Assembly: GCA_963823665.1 (NCBI GenBank)
Contig: CAWGMQ010000007.1
Location: 192,001 to 256,000 of the forward strand
Source of the DNA: an uncultured Planctomycetota bacterium
GTDB lineage: Bacteria; Planctomycetota; Planctomycetia; Isosphaerales; Isosphaeraceae
DNA: 64,000 nt
Direction of reading: 5' to 3'
Numbering within the stretch: position 1 is the first letter of the stretch; each line of letters opens with the position of its first letter. The notes beneath the pieces are model-generated. The model worked only from the letters and a program-made list of their open reading frames with translations. It was not told where the DNA came from and searched no databases. A program made the position numbers and the translations under genes. Positions 46,179 to 56,682 of this stretch are shown piece after piece.

Positions 46179-48800
46179 ATGATCCTTCATACCTTCAAGC
46201 TTGTTGTCGCGATCTGGCTTACGCTGCAATTTCAGGGCGCCGTGGCGGCGCAACTGGTCGATGGCCTGGGCGATCCTCTACCGCAACGGGCCGTCGCGCG
46301 GTTCGGGTCGAGCCGGTTCCGCCACGGGGGCGGAGTCGATCGTGTCCTGTTTTCACCCGAAGGCACGAAACTTGTGTCGTGGGGTGGCGTGCACCGGGTG
46401 TCGGAGGGAATCATCATCTGGGAGGCTGCGACCGGAAAGGAAGTGCGCCGGGTCGCGCAGCCAGGAGCGCGGCTGGAAGCGTGGGCCTGGGCGGCGGACG
46501 GGCGGCTGATCGGCGTTCTCAAATCGCCCGACGGCAAGCACGCGGTGTTCGACTGGAGCGCCGCCAACGTCGAGGGCCAGGCTCTGCCGGAGCGCGACGA
46601 TGGAGACGACAGCCGGTTTGCTGTGTCTCCGTCGGGCAAACTGCTCGCCGTGAGCAGCCACGGGCGCGAGGGGCGTGGATACACCGTGGAGTTTCGCGAG
46701 TTGAGCCCGGACCGAACTCCGCGGGACGCGCGGGTTCTGCGCGTGGTCCAGGCAGATCTCGACTACGCGACCGTGCTTCGATTCACGCCCGATGGGCAGA
46801 AACTGATCGTGTTCACGCCGCCCAACCGCCCGCAACGCACCCAGTGGACCGCGGTGGTCTGGGATGTGGAAACGGCGCGTGAGCTGGGACGGATCATTTT
46901 GACTGCGAGGGCATTCGGCCCGGGCGAGACTGTCGACGCGTCGAACGAGCGGATCGCGGCGATATTTCCGATCGGGACCGCCCGCTTGTATGACTTGAGA
47001 ACCGGCAAGGAAGAACGGCTCGCCGAGGCGAACGAGCCGGCCGATCGTGATGATGCCAGAACAGTCGGTGGCGCGGTTACCGTCCGGTTCAGTGCCGATG
47101 GAAGCACGCTGGTCATGGCCGGGCCCGCGGAGGAGATTCGATTCTGGAATGTGCGCGACCGGAAGAAGACTCGCGCGATCGCGTCGGGCGGCTACGGCAT
47201 CCAGCAGATGGTCTTGTCGCGCGATGGAAAAGTCCTGGCCGTGGGCGGACGCGACGGATTCATTCGACTGCTGGATACGGCCACGGGCGCTTTGATCTCT
47301 CCTCGATCGGGGAATGAGCAAGGAGTTCTCTCCGTGGCGGTATCGGCGGACAGTCGGATCGCCGCGACGACCGGGCTCGATCGCACCATCCGCATCTGGG
47401 ACCTGGAACGCGCGAAGGAGCTGCGCGTCATCAAGTGCGATGGTTACTTGAGGGACAGCGCGCTGACACCGGACTCGAAAACGGTTCTGGCCGCGGTGAA
47501 TCCCGACCTGGATCCCGACCACGCTGTCTTGCATCTCTGGGACGTGAGCAATGGAAAGGATGTTCAAGCGGCTGGACTAACGGGGACGAAGGCTGAATCG
47601 GTGCGGTTTGCGCCCGATGCGCGGACGCTGTTCACGCTTTCCGGGGAAACCATCACACTCCGGAGCTGGCCGCAAGCCGAGCGGCTGCGCGAGATTAAAT
47701 TTCGCCCAAGAGAACCCAGGGGGTTCACGGTCCTGGGGACGTTCCTGGCGATCTCGCCGGACGGGGAGCTGTTGCTCACGATGGTGCGGCACGTGAACTT
47801 GTTCAATGGCATGGCGATTGACTCCGTCGGCGGATCGCTTGACCTGTGGGAAACGAAGAGCGGAAAGCACGTGCAGCAACTTGCCGGATCGGACGGCTTC
47901 ACGGAACGCGCTGCATTCACCAGGCTGGGCGAGCTGATCATCACGAGCGATGCACGTCTCTGGGGCGCTGATGAGAATCCGCCGGCGCGATCAGGCGGCG
48001 TCGTTCACGTGCTTGACTCCGGGACGAGGCGGGTGAAACGAACGTTTCGCGTGCCAGGGCTTGTCACGGCACTGGCGGTCTCGCCCGATGGCCGGATGGC
48101 TTTTTTCGGCGGCCCGGATGGGACGATTCACGCGTGCGATGTTGCAACAGGTGGCATTCGCTATCGTTTGGCGGGGCACCACGATCGGGTGACGTCGCTC
48201 GCGACCACAGCAGACGGTCGTCGCCTCGTGTCGACCAGTCATGATGCTTCTGCGCTCTTATGGGACCTCCAATCGGACTTGAACGTCAGTCTTGACTCGT
48301 CGGTCCTGGAGGTTGTGCTCAAGGACTTGCTCACGGAGCCCAATTCGGTGTTTGAAGGCCAAGGCGGGCGCAATCCAACGATTTTCTTTATGACGGAAAG
48401 GCCTCGCATGGCTGTGTCGGCTGAGCAGTTACTGGACCCGACGCGATCCGAGAAGGAGTGGAAAAAATTATCCCCGGCTCAACTCGAGTTGGCGCGAGAG
48501 GCTGCGAAGAACGTAGTTCAGCGCCAGGACGATCGGGACGACCTGGCGCGTTACCGCCCGATCGACAAGCGGATCGTCGTCTGGGACGCGCAGCGCGCCG
48601 AAACGAAACAACGGCGGCGCGATGTCTTCGGCCCGCAAATCTTCACGGCCCACACGCCCGGCTTTTCGACGGACAAGCAGATTGCGATGGTGCGTGTGGA
48701 TTTCCCGTGGAGCATTCACAGCGGTTACAGCACATATGTACTGACCAGAAAGGATGGAGAGTGGGTCGTACTCGTTCGGCTTAGCTTTTTTTTCTCTTGA
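46179..48800 (+). CDS. Secreted WD40-repeat protein with an extra C-terminal domain
   Basis: Signal peptide; GDPLPQRAVARFGSSRFRHG; many FSPDG..L / IRIWD repeats; the last ~180 aa are non-WD. Confidence 0.88.
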   Translation: MILHTFKLVVAIWLTLQFQGAVAAQLVDGLGDPLPQRAVARFGSSRFRHGGGVDRVLFSPEGTKLVSWGGVHRVSEGIIIWEAATGKEVRRVAQPGARLEAWAWAADGRLIGVLKSPDGKHAVFDWSAANVEGQALPERDDGDDSRFAVSPSGKLLAVSSHGREGRGYTVEFRELSPDRTPRDARVLRVVQADLDYATVLRFTPDGQKLIVFTPPNRPQRTQWTAVVWDVETARELGRIILTARAFGPGETVDASNERIAAIFPIGTARLYDLRTGKEERLAEANEPADRDDARTVGGAVTVRFSADGSTLVMAGPAEEIRFWNVRDRKKTRAIASGGYGIQQMVLSRDGKVLAVGGRDGFIRLLDTATGALISPRSGNEQGVLSVAVSADSRIAATTGLDRTIRIWDLERAKELRVIKCDGYLRDSALTPDSKTVLAAVNPDLDPDHAVLHLWDVSNGKDVQAAGLTGTKAESVRFAPDARTLFTLSGETITLRSWPQAERLREIKFRPREPRGFTVLGTFLAISPDGELLLTMVRHVNLFNGMAIDSVGGSLDLWETKSGKHVQQLAGSDGFTERAAFTRLGELIITSDARLWGADENPPARSGGVVHVLDSGTRRVKRTFRVPGLVTALAVSPDGRMAFFGGPDGTIHACDVATGGIRYRLAGHHDRVTSLATTADGRRLVSTSHDASALLWDLQSDLNVSLDSSVLEVVLKDLLTEPNSVFEGQGGRNPTIFFMTERPRMAVSAEQLLDPTRSEKEWKKLSPAQLELAREAAKNVVQRQDDRDDLARYRPIDKRIVVWDAQRAETKQRRRDVFGPQIFTAHTPGFSTDKQIAMVRVDFPWSIHSGYSTYVLTRKDGEWVVLVRLSFFFS

Positions 48801-48888
48801 GCGGGCGGATTGACTTGGGATGATCGCTTGATGCGCCGCCGGTAATCTGCATCGAATTTGATGACCGCGATCAGGGGGGTTGAGATTG

Positions 48889-50220
48889 ATGCTTGAGCGT
48901 TCGAAATGCACTGTCACGCACTCGCAGATTGCTTCCGGGACTTGCCCCCACTGCGCAATGACGACCGACCACGATTCGACCGCAGAAGGAGCCGCTGCAG
49001 GAACTGCCGGTGTGCGCTGGAATATCACCCGCATGCTCGCGGATCTCGATCAAGAGGATGAGGCCATCCGGCTGACGACTATTCTCAACCTCTCGGATCA
49101 CCTGCCGCCACTCGAACAGGCTTTGCCTGTCATCCGGAAAGGGCTCCAGGATCGAGCTGAGCGAGTGCGCAATCGGGCGCTGACAGCCACTGTACGGCTG
49201 GTAAAAACACCGGCAGACGAAGTCCTCGTGGCGGTCTGTGAACGATTGCTTCAGCAGGACCCTGCTGATCTGGCAGCTCTGCACGTCCTTCTCTTCTTTT
49301 ATTCCACCAACAGTTGCGAATCGGACAGCTACCGCGCTGCGCGGCATGCGCTGATCCTGCGGGTCAGTGAAACCATGCCGGAGGTGCCCCGGTCATTGAT
49401 TGTCCCAATGAAGCTATTTCCCCAGTCCGACGGTGAAGTCTTCGGGCATGCCAAGACGTTGTGGCTCAAGCAGGTTGAACAGCACCCGAAGAATGTTCGC
49501 GTCCTGGAGAACGCATCGATGTTTTTTCGGGGCGTCGACGAAGTCACGGCTGGCAGACTGCTTCGACGGTGCAAGGAGCTGGAGCCGGACAACCCGCACT
49601 GGTCCGGTGAACTCGGCCTGCTTTACTCGTTTCAAGGTGATCCGAAGCAGCCCGAAAGCTACACGGACTGGGGGAAGATGAGTCTTGCCCAGCTTGAGAT
49701 CGCGTGGAAGTCGGATCGTGAGCCGAACGAGCGATTTTTGGCGCTGCTGAGCATGCCCGAGGTTGCCCTCCAGGCCCGAGAGCTTGACAAAGCGCGTGAT
49801 TACGCCGCGGAGCTACTGGCCGCAGCACCGATTCAGGAGCACTCGTTCAGCCAGATCTGGGCTGACCGGCAGGCCAATATGGTGCTGGGCTGGCTCGCGC
49901 TTTCCCGGGGCGACCTTTCCGAAGCGAGGGTCCGGCTCTTCGGTGCGAGGACACCGGAGGGTTCGTATCTTATGAATGCCTTCTGCTTCATGGACCCACT
50001 CATGAAGCTGGTTCGCTGGATGCTCGACCTGGGGCATCACGAAGTGGTTCTCGAATACTTGCGGCGCAAGGAGGAGCTCGTGCCCGGGTTTCGCGACCGC
50101 TTCGTCAAATGGGCAGGCGAGATTGAGCAGGGGCGGAAACCGGATTTCCAGGACCGCGCACTGCTTGAGCAGAACTTGAAGGCGGCGGAGTGGAAGCGGC
50201 CCGACCGCGCGAATTCGTAG
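48889..50220 (+). CDS. HEAT/TPR helical-repeat protein
   Basis: N-terminal CPHC; HEAT-like ALPVIRKGLQD..ERVR; TPR-like LEPDNPHW..ELGLLY, LGWLALSRGD. Confidence 0.7.
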   Translation: MLERSKCTVTHSQIASGTCPHCAMTTDHDSTAEGAAAGTAGVRWNITRMLADLDQEDEAIRLTTILNLSDHLPPLEQALPVIRKGLQDRAERVRNRALTATVRLVKTPADEVLVAVCERLLQQDPADLAALHVLLFFYSTNSCESDSYRAARHALILRVSETMPEVPRSLIVPMKLFPQSDGEVFGHAKTLWLKQVEQHPKNVRVLENASMFFRGVDEVTAGRLLRRCKELEPDNPHWSGELGLLYSFQGDPKQPESYTDWGKMSLAQLEIAWKSDREPNERFLALLSMPEVALQARELDKARDYAAELLAAAPIQEHSFSQIWADRQANMVLGWLALSRGDLSEARVRLFGARTPEGSYLMNAFCFMDPLMKLVRWMLDLGHHEVVLEYLRRKEELVPGFRDRFVKWAGEIEQGRKPDFQDRALLEQNLKAAEWKRPDRANS

Positions 50221-50298
50221 AACGGCACGGCCAAGTAGCCCGGTCTGCGCGAGGGGCGGCAACAGTGAAGGCGCGCCGACAACAGAGGGAGCTGAGCG

Positions 50299-50769
50299 AT
50301 GAGTCTCCGACGAATTCGGTTCTCGCTCTGGCGGTTGATGGTTGTGATCGCGATCGTGGGTTGCGCGATTGGAGCCGGTGTCGCTTTCTCAAGTGATCCC
50401 AGCACCGCCACGAACATGATTACGGGGTGGGCGGCGCTCTACGGCGTTCCTGTGCTCGTGATCGTCGCGAGGGGCGTTCCGGCTGGTAAAGTGGTCAAGA
50501 TCGTGGGGAAGGTCGGTTTGATCGGTGTGCCCCTTGCGGGGTTATTTGGGCTGCTGTGTTTTGGCATGAGCGGGTATGTCGGGTTGATCGGAGGGTTCAC
50601 GTTGGCGGCTCTTGTGATCGGCTGGTGGACGCTTCTCGGGGTTGGGGTGTTTGTTAGATTCTCGGGTGTTGAACGGGTTCGGATCGTCGGTCCGGGTCCT
50701 TTAGATTCTGATCGGGGCGCGAACGCGGTATACTCGCGATTGCGCGTGCGCGAAAGTAACAATCGATGA
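50299..50769 (+). CDS. Membrane protein with an RFSL N-terminal motif
   Basis: RRIRFSLWRLMVVIAIVG and about four TM helices. Confidence 0.7.
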   Translation: MSLRRIRFSLWRLMVVIAIVGCAIGAGVAFSSDPSTATNMITGWAALYGVPVLVIVARGVPAGKVVKIVGKVGLIGVPLAGLFGLLCFGMSGYVGLIGGFTLAALVIGWWTLLGVGVFVRFSGVERVRIVGPGPLDSDRGANAVYSRLRVRESNNR

Positions 50770-50921
50770 AGCTTCGCAATCCTTGGATCGACCAGTGGGT
50801 CGCGGCAGTGGGGTCGAACGAATACGAGTGGAGAGCGAGCCCTGGGCGGCCCGCGAATACGTGACTCGAAATGGGTGATCCAGGATCGACGCTTGGTGCT
50901 CCTGTGAGGGAGGATCGAACT

Positions 50922-51326
50922 GTGCAATCGCCCCGAGCGGCAAGTACGTGGGGACAGATGATGGCGGCCCTGGCAGTATCCACCCTCGGCTGCGCACAAC
51001 GCGACAGCGAACGAACTCCTGCGGCCGCCGCTCGGCCCGTCGCCATTCAGAAGCCGGCGGACTCAACTGGGCCGGCTGAGGGCGAAGCGACCTTCATCGG
51101 CACTGTGAGGAGCATCGACCTGTTGCCCAAGCGTGATCCGTATTTCAGATTCGCCGTGAATCTCAAGATCGACAGGGTCGTCTCCGGGCCTTCTCCCGGA
51201 AATGGTTTCTGGTTTGCAATCCATAGCCCGTCGCAGTCACGCGTCAAAGAGGGCCAACGATATCGAATCACCGCGAACAAGAGCGTCGATGGCTGGACTA
51301 TCATCTCGCGGACGCGATTGGATTGA
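50922..51326 (+). CDS. Putative lipoprotein
   Basis: GGAGG RBS; LAVSTLG-C lipobox-like motif; small beta-rich domain. Confidence 0.55.
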   Translation: MQSPRAASTWGQMMAALAVSTLGCAQRDSERTPAAAARPVAIQKPADSTGPAEGEATFIGTVRSIDLLPKRDPYFRFAVNLKIDRVVSGPSPGNGFWFAIHSPSQSRVKEGQRYRITANKSVDGWTIISRTRLD

Positions 51327-51440
51327 TACGCGGGCGGGGTGCGGCGAATCGGGAACGGTTGCGTCATGGGAACTGGCAAGTATCCTCGGACGGTCATCTA
51401 ATTGGATCGGACTCTCAACTCCTTTCTGGAGAGACCCGTC

Positions 51441-53298
51441 TTGAAGCGACACAGTCAAATGGCGGCGCGGACTGCATGCTCGATCGTTGCCTCCGGATTG
51501 GTGCTGGGCGGCGCTTTCGGCATTGCTTTTCCAACCGATGCTCTCGCGCAAGAGAAGCAGGCCGATCTGAAGGCGGAGAAGTTGCGTGCCAGGATTGTTG
51601 AGGTCCGGACGAACGCCGTCAAGCCGACGCGGATGCCGATCCAACTGGTCGATGGCCAGGGCCGTCCGGTACAAGGGGCGATCGCGAGTACTTGGTTTCA
51701 GCGTAACGTGGACACTGAACCTGCCTTCAAGGTTCCGGAGCGGCACGAATCGGCAATATCGAACGAGCAGGGCGAACTGGCGCTCAAACTCCAGATCGGA
51801 GCGCACCTGGACGCGGACGGCATCTGCGCGATCCGCCAGGATCAGGGTCTCCCCATCGTCGGCATGCAACGGGTTTCGCGCGAGGAAATTCGGGAGGGGA
51901 AGCCGGTCAGGGTTGTCATGCATCCGGCTTGCCGCGTCCGAATGCGGATCGAGTGCCCGGGGCATGTCGAGCTTGCCGAAAAGTTTCATGCAGACCTTGG
52001 CGGCGCGAACTGGTGGCGGTCAGCCTATATCTGGCTGGGGGAGGACCACCGGTCCCCGCGCCCACTTTTCTCCAGTTCGACCAGCGGACAGATCGAGTTC
52101 CTTCTGCCGCCGGGCCGGTTCAGTGTCATGGCATATGGGACCGAGGTCTATAACAGGGAGCGGGCCTTCGAGGTCAATCCGGGGCTTCGAGTGCTCAACC
52201 TCGGTGTCATCGAGGTGCCGCCAACCGACGCTTTCAAGCAAGGGATCTTTCGCGGATTCTGGCGATCGGTCCGCCGTGATGGTCGGGCGGTTGTGGAGGG
52301 GCTCGTCGGCGAAGAAAGGATTTCGTTCCATCCCCAGCGGCTTGGAGCTTGGCTAGATGGCGACGCGAGGCAAATCCAGGACACCGTCTATTCCCCTGAC
52401 GGAGGGTTGCTGGCGACCGCGCATTGGTACAACGCCGAACCGGGCGAGGCCAAGCTGTGGGATGCGAAGACCGGAAAGCTCAAGTTGACTCTCCCAGTTG
52501 CGAACAAGGACGCAGGTGTTATTGCTCTGGCGTTTTCTCCCGACAGCAAGATCCTGGCCGGGTCCGTTGGCTCGCTACCAAAAGCCCAGCCGCCGGGCGT
52601 GGTGGTCCTGTGGGACGTCGCCACCGGCCGCGAGCTGAAGACGCTGCGCGGCCACACCGCGCGGATCACGGCGCTGGCCTTCACGCCGGACGGACGGGCC
52701 ATTGCCTCCGGCGGGGAAGATCGCACCGTGAGGTTCTGGGATGTCGCAAGCGGCGGCGAGAACCGGTCAGATTCCTGGCAACCAAGGTTGGGTGCGCGCG
52801 CTGGCTTACTCACCCGACGGCAAGGTTCTGGCGGTCGGCAGCGGCACGACACTCAAGTTGTGGGATGCGGTCGGGAAACGCCCCGGCGCGACGCTGGAGC
52901 CGGCCGGGTTCTGGGTTCAATCGGTGGCCTTCGCGCCGGACGGGCGCACGCTGGCCGGGGCCGGCACGGTGGGTGGAGAGGGCAAGGTGCGCTTGTTCGA
53001 CCTGATCAAAACACCGCCGGACCGCCGCGCGGAGCTGACGCTGCGCCACGAGGTAGGAAACCGGCCGAACGATTGGATCAGCCAGGTTGTCTTCACGCCG
53101 GATGGGCGGCGAGTCGCCGTGGTCGCGATGCAGTCCGTTGTGATCTGGAATGCGGCGACCGGGGACGAGGAAGATTCGCTCAAGCGCGAAAATGGCAGCT
53201 CGGCGGACCGGCTTGCTGTTTCGCCCGACGGCCGGTGGCTCGCCGTGACGGACGTGGGGAGCATGCGCATCTTCGACATCAGCCCGGTGGGGCGGTGA
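51441..53298 (+). CDS. Secreted protein with N-terminal beta-sandwich domains and C-terminal WD40 repeats (frameshift near 52760)
   Basis: Signal peptide; LVDGQGRPVQGA; LRGHTARITALAFTPDG...DRTVRFWD continues in ORF 52741-53298. Confidence 0.8.
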
Positions 53299-53423
53299 GG
53301 TCGACTTCGATGAGAGCGACGACTACCAGGTAGTGCATTCAAACAGCCTCACGAATGGTAGAAGTCGAGCCAGGCCGACTATAAACTGAGCGCCCGTGAG
53401 CGGCGCCGCGACGGAGGTGCGAC

Positions 53424-54248
53424 ATGGAGAGGGAGAAATCGGGGATGGAGCCTGGTTCGCTGGCGAGCGAGGTCAAGAGCGCCCGCTCGGCGCCGCGTGC
53501 AGACATTCCGGCGGAACTTCGCGCGGCTGCGCGCAAAGCGCACGGATGGCTCCGGTCGGGGGCGTTTGCGATATCCGCCGGGATCGTCGCGCCGGTCGTC
53601 TGCTTGGCCCTTCAGCAGGTAGTCTTGTCCGGCGAAGAATTCCAGATGCCGGGACTGCGTTTCATCAACGTCTTCTGGATTTTTGGCTACGGTTTCATCG
53701 GGCTGGAGATGGTGGTCCTCGTGCTGCGGCTTGCATTTGGAGCCCGGCTTGGAGCCTGGAACGGACCGGTCGCGGGCGTGCTGTTTGCGGGGGCACTCTT
53801 CGCGGGAGGGCTGGGGCTCGTTCTCCTGCCGCTCAGCGTAATCGGACTGATTGTGCTCATCGGCGCGCTGGGATTCGTGCCGTTCCTCACGGCGGCCGCC
53901 TACTACGCCAATGCGGTCGAAGCCTATCGCCAGGCGCGCCGGGTGGCCGGCGGGCCGAAGCTCGTGGCTTCGGTACTCGTGGGCACGATGCTGGTCCTGG
54001 GCGCGCCCGGCGTCGTGCAGGCGGGAGTATCCCTGACATTGCGGTCGGCGATTCGTGAGATCCAAATGGGAAACCCGGCAGAAATGTCGAAGCTCCGATC
54101 CTTAAACTGGCTCGGCGCGAGTGATCGCCTGGTCTGGGCGTACGCGGGCGAGTGGGATCCCGTTCGGAGGCAGCGGATCGCCGATGCGTACAGGGAACTC
54201 ACCGGCGAGGATGTGCGCGTGAGGTTGGCCCAACTACAAGGGGATTAA
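53424..54248 (+). CDS. Hypothetical multi-pass membrane protein
   Basis: GGAGG RBS; five to six hydrophobic helices; C-terminal AYRELTGED. Confidence 0.75.
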   Translation: MEREKSGMEPGSLASEVKSARSAPRADIPAELRAAARKAHGWLRSGAFAISAGIVAPVVCLALQQVVLSGEEFQMPGLRFINVFWIFGYGFIGLEMVVLVLRLAFGARLGAWNGPVAGVLFAGALFAGGLGLVLLPLSVIGLIVLIGALGFVPFLTAAAYYANAVEAYRQARRVAGGPKLVASVLVGTMLVLGAPGVVQAGVSLTLRSAIREIQMGNPAEMSKLRSLNWLGASDRLVWAYAGEWDPVRRQRIADAYRELTGEDVRVRLAQLQGD

Positions 54249-54638
54249 TATACAATCACGCGAAAGGCGATCGAGTCAAGATCGAGCTTTGAACAGAAGC
54301 TAACAAAGGAAACGAAGTCGGAGATCCTCGATCATCCGATGCGGAGACCACTTTTTGGATGTGTGATCGGGAGCGTTTGGTGACGAAACCTGGCAAAGGG
54401 CGCAGTGACGCGGTTGGTTCTTGCACGATGCAACGTGAAGCACGCTGCGTACGGGCAATTCGTGCGAAGCATAGTTGGCGCTGGGGCTCATGCACGCGAC
54501 AATGCCCGGTCTTGGCGCGAGCGAACGAGGGAGCCGTCGGATTCTTCCGGATCCTCAGCGCCGGACGCGGTCAACCCGAAATCCGGTGTCCGCGCCGGCT
54601 CGCCCCTCTGCCGGGTTTTTGGGGAATTGGGAGGATCG

Positions 54639-55403
54639 ATGCCACCCGCGACAGCCAGCACGATCGTCGGTCTCGTTGACGCCGGAGGCTCGAGCGGTGC
54701 CAGCCTGGGCCGGTCCGACGAGTGGAGGCTGAGCTTCCACCTGGCAGGATGCCGTCATCCAGGGTCGGCAGTCGTTATCGGAAATCGGCGCTGTGAATTG
54801 CCAGTTTCCAAGGACGAAATGCGCTCGCTGATGGATCTCATAAAGCCCTACTCGATCGTCGAGGTTGAGATCGAGGGCAGCTCAACCGCTGCCGTGCTCA
54901 CGCTTCGTCGCATCGTGCACGTCGGCACGAGCGACCCGGAACTGGAGCAGCTTGCCGGGGAGCTTCAGCAGCCGATCGTGGTTCAAGATGCCACGCTCGG
55001 CCGGCTCGAATACGACCGCAAGTACGGTTGGTTCGCGGGCCGCGCGGAGTGGTGTGGACAGGTCGTACGCGTCAGGATTTGCAGTCCTGGTCCGGACGAC
55101 CGAGCGGGCGCGCTAGCGGCGGCGACGCGGTTGTTTGCCGAGCAGGCACAATGGCAAAGTCGCGTCAGGGAGTACGCGGTCGAGCAGTTGCTTCCCCTGA
55201 AGAATCGCTCGTGGCTCGATGAGGACGAGGAAGAGATCTCGGCAAACCAATTCCTGGCGAAGATGAGCATCGAATCGATCTCTATCGATGAATCGGGCGA
55301 CGTCGCGTTCTGGCACGACGACGGGGGCCTCTTCTTGGGGCACGCGATCTCGATCAGCGGGACCTTATTCGAGGGGCTCGCGAACGCAACTATCGCGGGA
55401 TGA
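54639..55403 (+). CDS. DUF2262-like protein
   Basis: GGAGG RBS; LGRLEYDRKYGWF, LLPLKNRSWL, FWHDDGGLFLGHAI. Confidence 0.7.
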   Translation: MPPATASTIVGLVDAGGSSGASLGRSDEWRLSFHLAGCRHPGSAVVIGNRRCELPVSKDEMRSLMDLIKPYSIVEVEIEGSSTAAVLTLRRIVHVGTSDPELEQLAGELQQPIVVQDATLGRLEYDRKYGWFAGRAEWCGQVVRVRICSPGPDDRAGALAAATRLFAEQAQWQSRVREYAVEQLLPLKNRSWLDEDEEEISANQFLAKMSIESISIDESGDVAFWHDDGGLFLGHAISISGTLFEGLANATIAG

Positions 55404-55497
55404 ATGGGCCACTGATGGGATGATCTGGCAGGAGCGACTCGGTGACGCGTTTGAAAGAACAGGCCGGGACTAACTTTCCGGGGCACCGCCTTCCCAG

Positions 55498-55556
55498 GTA
55501 GTAGGCACACTCCGTGTGCCGTTCACCAGTTACGGCACACGGAGTGTGCCTATTAC
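55498..55556. repeat. REPIN-like inverted doublet of GTAG-type REPs
   Basis: GTAGTAGGCACACTCCGTGTGCCGT-N9-ACGGCACACGGAGTGTGCCTATTAC; 24/25 complementary. Confidence 0.88.
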
Positions 55557-55687
55557 GACGAGTCGATTGCGATGTCAAACCGGGAAGTTATTCCCGGCCT
55601 GTTCCGAAGTGTTTACCGGCGAGGATGTGAACGATCGGCTCGCTCTGCTACACTGGGATCGATGGGTGCTCGCAGTGAGGGCAACAC

Positions 55688-56086
55688 ATGAAAAGAAATA
55701 CTGTTGCGGCATGGATCGGTGTATTCGCGGTGGTCGGAACAGGAGTCGGTGTGCTCGTGCGGGCTCAGGCCGGTGCCGGCGCAGCGCGCGCGAATGGGGC
55801 GATCGTCCAGGTTGACCGCGATGCGAGCGAGGTAACGCCGCGGGTGGCTGTTCCTCAGGCGGAGGAAAAGCTAAACGGTGAGCGGGCGCACGGCGATCGC
55901 GATGGGCACGTTCAAAGAACCGCGCTCGACTCGGTTGTTGCTGAAGAATTGCCTTTTCCTCCGCCACCTTCGAGAGTGATGCCGGGGTACGTTCGTAAGT
56001 CCGCGCAGATTGGTCCAGAGAATCAACCGCACCTGTCTCCGAGTCCGCCGGCTCCATCGAAGACTTTGCCTGAGATCGTGCCATGA
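55688..56086 (+). CDS. Hypothetical secreted Pro-rich protein
   Basis: GAGG RBS; signal peptide MKRNTVAAWIGVFAVVG...VRA-Q; ATGA overlap with the next ORF. Confidence 0.5.
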   Translation: MKRNTVAAWIGVFAVVGTGVGVLVRAQAGAGAARANGAIVQVDRDASEVTPRVAVPQAEEKLNGERAHGDRDGHVQRTALDSVVAEELPFPPPPSRVMPGYVRKSAQIGPENQPHLSPSPPAPSKTLPEIVP

Positions 56087-56593
56087 TCGTGCAGCGTGTC
56101 GTGCAGTGGGTCGTTTGGGTCGCGGCGTTCCTCGCGGTGATCAGGTTGTCCTCCGCCGGGCGTGAAGCCGCGTTTGGCTGGGGTGTGCTGATACTTGTGC
56201 TGTCTCTGTGCTTCTGTGGGATCGCACAGATGGCTAAGGATTACTTGGCGCACGGCGCATGGGGCGGCAGGGTCGCGAGGTCGTTAGTGGTTGGTGTGAT
56301 CTCGAGCAAACGGCGACAACGCCAACAATCCGGTCCGGGGGCTATGAGATCCTGGATCATCCGATGCGAGACCGCTATCTGGATAGCTGACGTGGAACGA
56401 TTGGCCCCGGCCTTGGCAGAGGACGCGATGATGCGGCTGTCTGGGTAAGCCGCTCACCGTTCGAAGTAGCATCACCGGGCGCTATCTGAGCTACACCGAG
56501 ACCCGAGTATCCGGCAGCTACTACATGCGCGGGGTTGCGATCGACTCGACGGGCCGTGTCGCTCATACCATCGCGAGGTGGTATCAGGACTAG
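56083..56593 (+). CDS. Membrane protein with a probable SmpA/BamE-like C-terminal domain (frameshifted)
   Basis: N-terminal TMs; after a frame change near 56440 it reads LGKPL...YLSYTE..SGSYYMRGVAIDSTGRV...WYQD*. Confidence 0.4.
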
Positions 56594-56682
56594 GACGTGC
56601 CGGAATGCAGGACTTTCCAGAATCGGAAGAACAGTCGAAGAGCTTGGCCACGGATGAAACACGGATGATACAAGAATGCGCT

